A stretch of 64,000 bases of DNA from Fermentimonas sp. (GTDB lineage Bacteria; Bacteroidota; Bacteroidia; Bacteroidales; Dysgonomonadaceae). The notes under the pieces were generated by a model, which was not told the DNA's origin, searched no databases, and worked only from the letters and a program-made list of their open reading frames with translations. Below are positions 55,706 through 64,000 of the stretch, piece by piece (the first letter of the stretch is position 1; the number at the start of each line of letters is the position of its first letter). Location of the stretch: assembly GCA_050951125.1 (NCBI GenBank), contig JBMNIR010000005.1, forward strand, positions 4,912 to 68,911. Reading direction: 5' to 3'. The position numbers and the translations under genes are program-made.

Positions 55706-57049
55706 TTAGCGCCGATTTCCAGAAATTGACGTTGCGGTTTCCAAAGGTAACGCAGTAGCTTCAGACGATACAGACGCGGTTATCGGGTTGGAGACATCTT
55801 CAAAGAGCTCCAAGTGAAAATATCCTGCAGCGGCGATCACGTGATCGAAGATGTCAGAAACGATATCCTCGTATTGCGCCCATACGATGGTGTCGGTAAA
55901 GAAGTAGAGCTCAAGGGGAAGCCCTTTGGAGGTGGGATCCAGTTGCCTAACCATCAACGACAGGTCATCACGGACATCGGGATGATAGTCCAAGTAAGAC
56001 TTAATATACCGCCTGTAAAGCCCCAAGTTGGTGAGGTTGCGACCATTGATGAGCAATGACTTATCAACATCTACCGACTTATTGTATTCATCAATTTCCT
56101 GGCTTCGTTCACGGATGTAGTCCGAGATAAGGGTGATTTTCGATAGCGCCTCTAGTTCTTCTTCACGTAGGAAACGGACGGTGGAGTGTTTGATGAAAAT
56201 CGAGCGTTTTCGCCTTCTCCCTCCGGCCTCTTGCATACCCCGCCAATTTTGAAATGAATCTGAAACCAACGCGTAAGGAGGAATGGTGGTAATCGTCTTG
56301 TCGAAGTTCTGCACCTTAACCGTGGTAAGCGTGATCTGGATCACGTTGCCATCGGCCCCGTGCTTGGGCATGGTAATCCAATCGCCTATCCGAACCATGT
56401 CGTTAGCAGACACTTGCAGGCTAGCCACGAACCCAAGTATGGAGTCCTTGAAAATCAGCATGAAGATGGCGGATGCGGCACCCAACCCAGCGATGATGGC
56501 ACCCGGTTTTTGACTGGTCAAGATGGAAAAGAGGATGATGACAGCGATAAAATAAAGCACGATCTTCACTACTTGCGCGAAGCTGTCCAGAGGCTTATCT
56601 TTTAAGCCGGGCTTCTGTCGCAAGGTTTCTGTAAAAGCGTTCACCACCGACATGATCAACCAAACCATGTAGAATATAAAGAAGATATCGGCCAACTTAT
56701 CCATCACGTTCATCAGTTTTGGAAAAACTTCAAAAAGGATGGGAATGGAGCCCTTGACCAAACTGAACGGGACCACCATGGCCATGAAGTGCGCGAAGCG
56801 GCTTTTCGACAACTTCCTTATAAAAACGGTCTTCGAGTAACGGGCTGCACGGTTAAGTAAACACTGCAGGAATGCCCTCGTAACGTACTGAAGGATCAAC
56901 GCTAACACTACTAACAGGGTACCAAGGAACAACAGGTTTATCGTGTTTACCCATTTTTCGGAGATGCCAAACCCACTCAGCAGTTGGGTAGAGCATTCAC
57001 TAATCGCATGTGTGGATTGCGAGATTTGTTCAATTTTCTCTTCGTTCAT
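55706..57049 (-). CDS. Mechanosensitive ion channel (MscS family) protein
   Basis: 447-aa ORF with several N-terminal TM helices. These are followed by the MscS beta-domain segment VRIGDWITMPKHGADGNVIQITLTTVKVQNFDKT. Confidence 0.8.
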   Translation of the reverse strand: MNEEKIEQISQSTHAISECSTQLLSGFGISEKWVNTINLLFLGTLLVVLALILQYVTRAFLQCLLNRAARYSKTVFIRKLSKSRFAHFMAMVVPFSLVKGSIPILFEVFPKLMNVMDKLADIFFIFYMVWLIMSVVNAFTETLRQKPGLKDKPLDSFAQVVKIVLYFIAVIILFSILTSQKPGAIIAGLGAASAIFMLIFKDSILGFVASLQVSANDMVRIGDWITMPKHGADGNVIQITLTTVKVQNFDKTITTIPPYALVSDSFQNWRGMQEAGGRRRKRSIFIKHSTVRFLREEELEALSKITLISDYIRERSQEIDEYNKSVDVDKSLLINGRNLTNLGLYRRYIKSYLDYHPDVRDDLSLMVRQLDPTSKGLPLELYFFTDTIVWAQYEDIVSDIFDHVIAAAGYFHLELFEDVSNPITASVSSEATALPLETATSISGNRR

Positions 57050-57339
57050 AACAGTTTCATTTTTCAGATTTATGAAACCACAAAGGTATACTTTTTAAAG
57101 GAGCAGGCAAAATCACTTTTTTTTAGCCACAAACCGAGTGCTGTTTCATGGAATCGTTGTATATTTGTGAAATCCCAAACCCCAAGAGAGCCTTGGGTGG
57201 AAAAGAGTAAAATTGATTTGATCACACGAAACGAGGGAAGGGAAGAAAACGAGAAAATGAAACAAAAAACGGAACGAGTCAAGAAACAAAGCAGGGAGAC
57301 AAGAGAAAATAATAAAACAAAACGACTAATATAGAAAAC

Positions 57340-58542
57340 ATGGGGAAAGTTCTGATTATTGGTGCAGGTGGCGTGGGAACGGTGGTGGCTAACAAGGTGG
57401 CACAAAACAGCGACGTCTTCACCGATATCCTGTTAGCGAGCCGTACCAAAAGCAAGTGCGACGCCATTACTGCAGATGTAAAGAAGCGTACCGGCGTGGA
57501 AATAAAAACAGCCAGGGTAGACGCAGACATCGTGCCCGAGTTGGTTGAGCTGATGAATCGCTTTAAACCGGACATCGTGATCAACGTGGCGCTGCCCTAC
57601 CAAGACCTAACCATTATGGATGCGTGCCTTGAGGCAGAAGTACACTACCTGGACACTGCCAACTACGAGCCTAAAGATGAGGCCAAATTCGAATACAAGT
57701 GGCAGTGGGCGTACCACGACCGGTTCAAGGAGGCCGGGCTGACCGCCATACTGGGTTGCGGGTTCGACCCCGGCGTGACCAGCATCTTCACCGCGTACGC
57801 CGCCAAGCATCACTTCGACGAGATCCATTACCTGGATATCGTGGACTGTAACGCGGGCGACCACGGCAAGGCGTTCGCGACCAACTTCAACCCGGAGATC
57901 AATATCCGGGAGGTGACCCAGAAGGGAAAGTACTGGGAGAACGGGCAATGGATAGAGACCGAGCCCCACGAGATTCACAAGCCCCTCACCTACCCCAATA
58001 TCGGCCCCAGAGAGTCGTACCTTATCTACCACGAGGAACTGGAGTCGCTCGTGAAGAACTTCCCCACCCTTAAGCGCGCCCGCTTCTGGATGACCTTCGG
58101 GGAGGAGTACCTGACCCACCTACGCGTGATCCAGAATATCGGGATGGCACGCATTGACGAGGTGGAGTATAACGGCCAAAAAATCGTGCCGATCCAGTTC
58201 CTGAAGGCGGTACTCCCAGATCCCGGCGAGCTGGGAGAAAACTACACCGGCGAAACCTCAATCGGGTGCCGCATCCGTGGAATAAAGGATGGCAAGGAAC
58301 GAACCTACTACATTTATAACAACTGCAGCCACGAGGCGGCCTACAAGGAAACCGGTGCCCAGGGGGTCAGCTACACCACGGGTGTACCGGCTACCATCGG
58401 CGCCATGATGTGCCTACAAGGTATATGGAAGAAGCCGGGTGTCTTCAACGTGGAGGAGTTTGATCCCGATCCGTTTATGGAGCAGCTCAATAAGCAGGGG
58501 TTACCATGGCATGAGTTGTTTGACGTGGATTTGGAACTTTAA
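57340..58542 (+). CDS. Saccharopine dehydrogenase family protein, carboxynorspermidine/carboxyspermidine dehydrogenase-like
   Basis: 400-aa ORF with Rossmann motif VLIIGAGGVG. Its size and the conserved GCGFDPG match the polyamine-pathway enzyme. Confidence 0.75.
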   Translation: MGKVLIIGAGGVGTVVANKVAQNSDVFTDILLASRTKSKCDAITADVKKRTGVEIKTARVDADIVPELVELMNRFKPDIVINVALPYQDLTIMDACLEAEVHYLDTANYEPKDEAKFEYKWQWAYHDRFKEAGLTAILGCGFDPGVTSIFTAYAAKHHFDEIHYLDIVDCNAGDHGKAFATNFNPEINIREVTQKGKYWENGQWIETEPHEIHKPLTYPNIGPRESYLIYHEELESLVKNFPTLKRARFWMTFGEEYLTHLRVIQNIGMARIDEVEYNGQKIVPIQFLKAVLPDPGELGENYTGETSIGCRIRGIKDGKERTYYIYNNCSHEAAYKETGAQGVSYTTGVPATIGAMMCLQGIWKKPGVFNVEEFDPDPFMEQLNKQGLPWHELFDVDLEL

Positions 58543-58567
58543 AATGGATTCGTAAAAACTTGTTCAA

Positions 58568-59485
58568 ATGAACCCGAAAAGCTTAGTAAACATCGGCGAT
58601 TACAGCCAGGTTGATATCCTTCGCATACTAAAAAGTGCGGCTCGGTTCAAAGTTAACCCGGATCGCGATCTCTTGAAAGGGAAAGTGATCGCCACCCTTT
58701 TCTTTGAACCCTCTACCCGAACACGACTCAGCTTCGAAACCGCGGTGAATCGACTAGGGGGGCGCGTTATAGGTTTCTCCGATTCGGCTACCAGCAGCTC
58801 CACTAAAGGGGAGTCTCTAAAAGACACTATTGTAATGGTGAGCAATTACGCCGACTTGATCGTCATACGCCACCACCTGGAGGGGTCGGCCCGGTACGCC
58901 TCGGAAGTCTCCCCCGTGCCCGTGATTAACGCGGGCGACGGTGCCAACCAGCACCCCACGCAGACCATGCTCGACCTGTTCACCATTTACGAAACGCAGG
59001 GCACGCTGGAAGACCTCACCATCACCATCGTGGGTGACCTGAAGTACGGGCGTACCGTACACTCCCTTATTCAAGGCTTGTCGTACTTCCGGCCCACCTT
59101 CAACTTCGTGGCACCGGACGAGTTGCACATCCCGGAAAAGTACAAGCAATACTGTGACAAGAAAGGGATTCCATATCAAGAGTTCACCGAATTCGCGCCG
59201 GAGGCGATCAACAGCGCCGACATCCTCTACATGACCCGAGTACAAAAGGAGCGATTTACCGACCTGATGGAGTACGAGAAGGTAAAAAACGTCTATATCC
59301 TTCACGACCAAATGCTGGAGCATTCGAAAGGGAACTTGAAAGTGTTGCACCCGCTCCCCCGAGTGAAAGAGATTAGTCAAGATGTCGACAAGAACCCTAA
59401 GGCCTACTATTTTGAACAAGCTAAAAACGGGATGTACACACGGCAAGCCATCATTTGTGACCTGATGGGTATCGATGCTCAGTAA
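58568..59485 (+). CDS. pyrB: Aspartate carbamoyltransferase catalytic subunit
   Basis: 305-aa ORF with [13 protein letters not shown] and HPLPR. Confidence 0.95.
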   Translation: MNPKSLVNIGDYSQVDILRILKSAARFKVNPDRDLLKGKVIATLFFEPSTRTRLSFETAVNRLGGRVIGFSDSATSSSTKGESLKDTIVMVSNYADLIVIRHHLEGSARYASEVSPVPVINAGDGANQHPTQTMLDLFTIYETQGTLEDLTITIVGDLKYGRTVHSLIQGLSYFRPTFNFVAPDELHIPEKYKQYCDKKGIPYQEFTEFAPEAINSADILYMTRVQKERFTDLMEYEKVKNVYILHDQMLEHSKGNLKVLHPLPRVKEISQDVDKNPKAYYFEQAKNGMYTRQAIICDLMGIDAQ

Positions 59486-59513
59486 ATTAAACGATTATTT
59501 ATTTTAACGCTAT

Positions 59514-59966
59514 ATGGGAAAAGAATTACAAGTGGCCGCTCTTGAAAACGGTACCGCCATTGACCACATACCCACCTCCGCGGTGTTTAAAGTGGTGTCG
59601 CTCCTTCAGCTTCAAAAGCTAAGCAACCGTATCACTATCGGAAACAACCTAAAGAGCAACAAGATGAAGAGTAAGGGAATCATCAAGGTAGCCGACAAGT
59701 TCTTCCGTGAGGACGAACTTAACCGCATAGCACTCGTGGCACCCAACGTGAACCTCAACATTATCCGGGACTTCGAGGTGGCGGAAAAAAGGAAGGTAGT
59801 GCTGCCCGATGAGATCATGGAAATCATGAAGTGCAACAACCCGAAGTGCATCACCAACAACGAACCGATGAAAACGCGATTTCACGTGATTGATAAGGAG
59901 AACGTGGTGCTGCAGTGCCACTATTGTGAATTAAAGATCCAAAAAGAGGAAGTGGTTCTTCTATAG
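59514..59966 (+). CDS. pyrI: Aspartate carbamoyltransferase regulatory subunit
   Basis: 150-aa ORF with GTAIDHI and a zinc domain CNNPKCITN...CHYC. Confidence 0.9.
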   Translation: MGKELQVAALENGTAIDHIPTSAVFKVVSLLQLQKLSNRITIGNNLKSNKMKSKGIIKVADKFFREDELNRIALVAPNVNLNIIRDFEVAEKRKVVLPDEIMEIMKCNNPKCITNNEPMKTRFHVIDKENVVLQCHYCELKIQKEEVVLL

Positions 59967-59981
59967 GGAAAAAAGTGTAGT

Positions 59982-60917
59982 ATGCCCCTTAATTTACCCG
60001 ATAAACTACCGGCGATAGAATTGCTGAAGAAGGAACATATCTTCGTGATGAGCGAGCTGCGCGCTTCCACGCAAGATATTCGCCCACTGAAGATACTTAT
60101 CCTCAACCTGATGCCGTTGAAGATAACCACCGAGACCGATTTAATCCGACTTTTGGCCAACTCGCCCTTGCAAATCGAGGTGGAGTTCCTGAGCCTCAGC
60201 ACCCACACCCCCAAAAATACGCCCATAGAGCACCTCATGATGTTTTACACCAGCTTCTCGCGCGTGAAAGATACTTTTTACGATGGCATGATCATTACCG
60301 GTGCACCCGTAGAGATGTTGCCCTTCCACGAGGTCACCTATTGGGATGAACTGACCAAGATAATGGATTGGGCACGCTCGCACGTCACCTCCACCTTTTA
60401 CATCTGCTGGGGTGCGCAAGCCGCGTTGCACCACTTTTACGGGATCGATAAGCATACGCTGGAAACGAAGCTGTTCGGGGTATTCCGCCACACCTTGAAC
60501 GACCCCACCTTCCCGCTTTTCCGAGGTTTCGATGATGAGTTTTACGCGCCGCACAGTCGACACACGACCATCCTGGCAGAAGAGATTAAGCGGCGATCGG
60601 AACTAACCATTCTCTCTGAATCGGAAGAGGCCGGCGTTTATATTATAACCTCGCGCGGGGGACGGGAGTTTTACGTGACCGGCCACTCTGAGTACTCTCC
60701 GTTAACCCTTCACAACGAATACACGCGCGACCTTAAAAAAGGGTTGGATAATGTTGGGATACCAGTAAACTACTACCGCGATGACGACCCGTCCAATCCC
60801 CCTATCGTGCAGTGGCGCTCGCATGCCAACCTGCTCTACATCAACTGGCTCAACTATTTCGTCTACCAGGCCACCCCGTACAAAATCGAGGAGATCGCAC
60901 GGTTAAACGAGCTGTAA
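59982..60917 (+). CDS. metA: Homoserine O-acyltransferase (MetA family)
   Basis: 311-aa ORF with MPLNLPDKLPAIELLKKEHIFVM, ILNLMP and the active-site context ICWGAQAAL. Confidence 0.9.
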   Translation: MPLNLPDKLPAIELLKKEHIFVMSELRASTQDIRPLKILILNLMPLKITTETDLIRLLANSPLQIEVEFLSLSTHTPKNTPIEHLMMFYTSFSRVKDTFYDGMIITGAPVEMLPFHEVTYWDELTKIMDWARSHVTSTFYICWGAQAALHHFYGIDKHTLETKLFGVFRHTLNDPTFPLFRGFDDEFYAPHSRHTTILAEEIKRRSELTILSESEEAGVYIITSRGGREFYVTGHSEYSPLTLHNEYTRDLKKGLDNVGIPVNYYRDDDPSNPPIVQWRSHANLLYINWLNYFVYQATPYKIEEIARLNEL

Positions 60918-61021
60918 GTGACGGTTCAATTCATGGGTGTTGTTCGTCTACCTAACATTTCTCACACCGTCCAACCCGTTTTATCGTTCCTATTCATGCG
61001 ATACAACACGGTAACATTCAA

Positions 61022-62236
61022 TTATTTTGTGGCCGCGAACTTCAAGCAAGCCGGTTGAGCTACGTGAATATCCTTACCGGTATCAGTCAGCAGCCCGGTT
61101 TGCCTGTCGACACTAAAAACTTGAATCTTATCGTCGTTCTTGCCTGCCAGCAACAGGTAATCGCCGTTGGGCGTAATCACGAAGTTGCGAGGATGTTGCG
61201 CGGTGAGCTGATACCCAATCCGGGTCAACGTACCCTCCTCCTGGTCGACGGCGAAAATAGCGATCCCATCACCCTGGAGGCGGTTGGAAGCGTACAGAAA
61301 ACGACCGTCAGGAGAAACATGAATGTCAGCACTCCCGCGTGCGGCGAGGGAATCGGCTTGAATCACCTGCTTCTGCCGAAGTGTCCCGCGATGATAATCG
61401 AAAACGATCACCTCACCCGATAGCTCTCCCAACAGGTACATGAACCGACCCCCGTCCGGATGAAAATCAAAATGACGCGGTCCAGTCCCGGGAGGCAGCT
61501 CCCACTCGCTATAACTGCCTTCCCGCAGAGCAGGTTGCCCCTCGAAAGGGGTATCGTTCACTTCAAATCGGTAAAGCTTGTCCGTCCCCAAATCGGCCGC
61601 GAAGAGGAATTGCCCATCGGGCGTGTATCTTACCGAATGGAGGTGGGGGCTTTCCTGTCGCTTGGGATCTGGGCCAGAACCGCGGAACGACATGACCAAC
61701 GTCCCCCCAACGAGGTATCCATCTTCATCAACCCGAAGTGAGGAGATGCTCCCTCCCCCGTAATTCGCGGTATGAATGTTCTTACCCCTGCTATCGATCG
61801 TGATGTAACAAGGCCCCTTGCTGTTGACTGGCCGTGAATTCAAGGGTTCAAGACAACCCCGTTGTTTATCTAATGCAAACGCGTGCACCGCGCTTCTTTT
61901 CCCGTTCTCTTCACTAACCGCGTAAACGAATCTTTCATCGGGACTCAACGTGAGGTAAGAGGGATTGTCCACCTCGGTCACTCCCAGCGAATCAGTCTCC
62001 CCCGTCTCGCCGTCAAACCGAAACAGGTAGATTCCTTCGCTCCCCCCTTTCGCTGTGTAAGTCCCAACGAGTAGTAAAAGAACCCCACTCGTGCTATCCA
62101 TGCCCCACGTGACCTCCTCCACCTGCTCGTTATCCTCGATTCGCCCCAAACGACTACCCGTATTTCCCGAACGGTTACCGGTACATCCAACCAACAGGGT
62201 AGCCACGATGCATGCTATCCCAATTTTCTTGATCAT
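61022..62236 (-). CDS. Beta-propeller lactonase family lipoprotein (6-phosphogluconolactonase-like)
   Basis: ORF 61022-62272. I prefer the ATG at 62236 (MIKKIGIACIVATLLVGC lipobox). It has repeated propeller-blade segments and GPRHFDFHPDG. Confidence 0.75.
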   Translation of the reverse strand: MIKKIGIACIVATLLVGCTGNRSGNTGSRLGRIEDNEQVEEVTWGMDSTSGVLLLLVGTYTAKGGSEGIYLFRFDGETGETDSLGVTEVDNPSYLTLSPDERFVYAVSEENGKRSAVHAFALDKQRGCLEPLNSRPVNSKGPCYITIDSRGKNIHTANYGGGSISSLRVDEDGYLVGGTLVMSFRGSGPDPKRQESPHLHSVRYTPDGQFLFAADLGTDKLYRFEVNDTPFEGQPALREGSYSEWELPPGTGPRHFDFHPDGGRFMYLLGELSGEVIVFDYHRGTLRQKQVIQADSLAARGSADIHVSPDGRFLYASNRLQGDGIAIFAVDQEEGTLTRIGYQLTAQHPRNFVITPNGDYLLLAGKNDDKIQVFSVDRQTGLLTDTGKDIHVAQPACLKFAATK

Positions 62237-62354
62237 GATTCCTCCTTTCGTTATTACTCCATCAATGTTCATGCCAAAGATAGTACATGTAGAATATATT
62301 TCAATGCCATCACCTTAAAAGCGACATGCATTTGAATGCGAAAGATAAATTAAA

Positions 62355-62386
62355 TTTGCGAATATGAACTCTACTGCTTACTTTTG
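62355..62386 (+). promoter_or_regulatory. Candidate promoter with both a -33 and a -7 element
   Basis: TTTG at 62355-62358 and TACTTTTG (TAnnTTTG) at 62379-62386. The -7 box is 43 nt upstream of the ATG at 62429. Confidence 0.45.
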
Positions 62387-62428
62387 TACTGTTAAAAAGA
62401 AACCTGAAAGGTAAACAATAGATGTATT

Positions 62429-62860
62429 ATGCTATCCAACATTTTGTCTGTCGCTGGAAGATCCGGCCTTTATAAGCTTATTTCGACGAACAAGAGCCTG
62501 AATATCATAGAATCCCTTTCTGATGGAAAACGCGTTCCTCTGCATGCGCGTGAAAAGGTAATCACCTTGAGCGACGTGTCGATCTACACCAATGAGGCCG
62601 ACACCCCATTGCGGGAAGTGTTTAAAACCATTCGTGAGAAACAGGGGGATCAAAAGATCTCGCTAGGTGCTAAGTCCACCAGCAAAGAGCTCTTCTCTTT
62701 CCTCGAAGAGGTGCTGCCCAATTACAGACGTGAAAGCGTTTACGCGAGCGACGTGAAGAAAATTGTAGCGTGGTACAACTTGCTCACGGAACATGGAATT
62801 GACTTTGAAGAAGAACAACAGGAAGAAAAGGGAGAGCAAGATAAAGAGGGGGCAGAGTAA
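62429..62860 (+). CDS. Conserved hypothetical protein (DUF5606-like) with an acidic tail
   Basis: 143-aa ORF. The family name is from memory of the N-terminal LSVAGRSGLYKL pattern only. Confidence 0.6.
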   Translation: MLSNILSVAGRSGLYKLISTNKSLNIIESLSDGKRVPLHAREKVITLSDVSIYTNEADTPLREVFKTIREKQGDQKISLGAKSTSKELFSFLEEVLPNYRRESVYASDVKKIVAWYNLLTEHGIDFEEEQQEEKGEQDKEGAE

Positions 62861-62951
62861 GAATAGCGGCAATCAAGCGAATAGAACGAAAGGGAATCGA
62901 AGGAAAAGAGGCGACTAATGCAGGCAAATCATATAAAGGAGACCCAGTAAT

Positions 62952-63797
62952 TTGAAAGTAAGGGAGATCGCGACACGTGCGGTGACAGGAGTCATCTACA
63001 TCCTGGTCATACTGCTTGGTGTACTGGGAGGGCGTTTCACGTTCCTCCTCGTCTTTGGTAGCATACTAGGTATAGCCCTGTTCGAGTTCTACCGGATGGT
63101 GGAGAAAAAAATGTCACACGTCATCAGCAAAGCATTCAACATCGCGTCGGGTGTTCTCCTCTTCCTCTCGGTGTTCCTCTACCTGGAGGGCCTTTCCGCT
63201 TATGCCCTACCCACGCTCATCTTGCTATACCTGCTCGCCCTCATAGCGGTAGCCATCTTCCTGCGAAGGGACGACATCCTTCATAGCACCATCTACTCGG
63301 GGTTCGGGCAAATGTACCTCACCATGCCACTTAGCCTCCTTATGCTCCTGTCCTACTCCGAGACGGGCAGGAACCCCGGCAGCTACAACTGGGTGCCGGT
63401 ATTGGCGCTCTTCGTTTTCATTTGGGTGAACGACACCGCGGCCTACTTTTTCGGCTCACTTATAGGCAAGCGGAAGTTAATGGAACACGTCTCCCCCAAG
63501 AAATCGGTAGAGGGGTTTCTCTCGGGCATCGCTTTCACGGTGCTGGCCTCGTTGCTGTTCGCTCACCTGTACCCCGCTTACAGCACCCTTATCTGGATCG
63601 GTTTCGCCATCGTGGTATCGCTGTTCGGGACGGTAGGCGACCTATTCGAGTCGCTTATCAAGCGCACGTTCGGCGTGAAGGACTCGGGCAACCTTATGCC
63701 CGGCCACGGGGGCATACTCGACCGGATTGACAGCCTGCTCGTCGCCGCGCCGGCTGCCCTTCTCTACCTGAACGTTATCTACTACTTTGCAGTGTAG
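62952..63797 (+). CDS. cdsA: Phosphatidate cytidylyltransferase
   Basis: 281-aa ORF with a TTG start. It has multiple TM helices and the CdsA signature SLIKRTFGVKDSGNLMPGHGGILDRIDS. Confidence 0.85.
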   Translation: MKVREIATRAVTGVIYILVILLGVLGGRFTFLLVFGSILGIALFEFYRMVEKKMSHVISKAFNIASGVLLFLSVFLYLEGLSAYALPTLILLYLLALIAVAIFLRRDDILHSTIYSGFGQMYLTMPLSLLMLLSYSETGRNPGSYNWVPVLALFVFIWVNDTAAYFFGSLIGKRKLMEHVSPKKSVEGFLSGIAFTVLASLLFAHLYPAYSTLIWIGFAIVVSLFGTVGDLFESLIKRTFGVKDSGNLMPGHGGILDRIDSLLVAAPAALLYLNVIYYFAV

Positions 63798-63822
63798 GGA
63801 AAGGTTTTTCACCCCTCCCTTT

Positions 63823-64000
63823 CTACATGACTCCTTTTTCCTTAAGGCGTTGTTGCCACTTCCAGGCTGAAGCCATGGTATCTTCTACGGTTGCCTCGGC
63901 CTTCCAACCCAGCACGTTGTTCGCCTTATCAGGTTGAGCCCATATCTGCTCGATATCGCCTTCACGACGACCCACTATCTTGTAATTCAACGGCTTACCG
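63823..64000 (-). CDS. galE: UDP-glucose 4-epimerase, C-terminal fragment (gene continues beyond the right edge)
   Basis: My minus-strand translation gives ...GKPLNYKIVGRREGDIEQIWAQPDKANNVLGWKAEATVEDTMASAWKWQQRLKEKGVM*, which matches the GalE C-terminus pattern (GD...ADxSKAxxxLGW...W.WQ). Confidence 0.75.
   Translation of the reverse strand, partial: GKPLNYKIVGRREGDIEQIWAQPDKANNVLGWKAEATVEDTMASAWKWQQRLKEKGVM

Overview
This is a chromosomal segment of a Bacteroidota (Bacteroidales-like) anaerobe. The evidence is gene content (S46 and M49 peptidases, GH95, small beta-barrel OMP families, many lipoprotein signal peptides), TAnnTTTG-type promoter boxes and the absence of Shine-Dalgarno sites. 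I call about 58 intact CDS, 2 broken genes, 2 identical tandem tRNA-Asn(GTT) genes, a few hairpin terminators and several candidate promoter or operator sites. I saw no rRNA, CRISPR array, transposase, integrase or recognisable phage-defence gene. Layout: (i) 1-8.6 kb is a surface-protein patch with a decayed and an intact TlpA-like thioredoxin protein, three small OMPs (two are a diverging tandem duplicate), an LRR lipoprotein and an OmpA-family protein. (ii) 8.6-15.6 kb holds stand-alone RtcB, an alpha/beta hydrolase and two paralogous TonB-dependent-receptor-like genes. (iii) 15.6-23.1 kb is a clearly AT-richer, tightly packed nine-gene minus-strand cluster of membrane-anchored hydrolases, membrane proteins and a flavodoxin-ferredoxin fusion, with no known collective function. 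(iv) 23.2-27.8 kb is a GC-rich seven-gene cluster: DUF134 regulator, MBL hydrolase, two NifX-like proteins, a Gly/Arg-rich DUF5320-like protein and two MinD-type ATPases with ferredoxin inserts. It resembles the poorly understood anaerobe-specific orange-protein (ORP) complex, carries a perfect 20-bp palindrome over its predicted promoter, and is my best candidate for an under-described system. (v) 27.9-64 kb is mostly housekeeping (glyQS, dacB, miaA, rpoN, gcvH, purE, folC, thyA, folA, murQ, pyrBI, metA, cdsA, galE) and includes a complete AmmeMemoRadiSam triad. A roughly 40-nt element with a codon-like substitution pattern occurs once in cluster (iv) and once beside the AmmeMemoRadiSam genes. 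All functional calls come from motifs I recognise by eye in the supplied translations; no database search was run.
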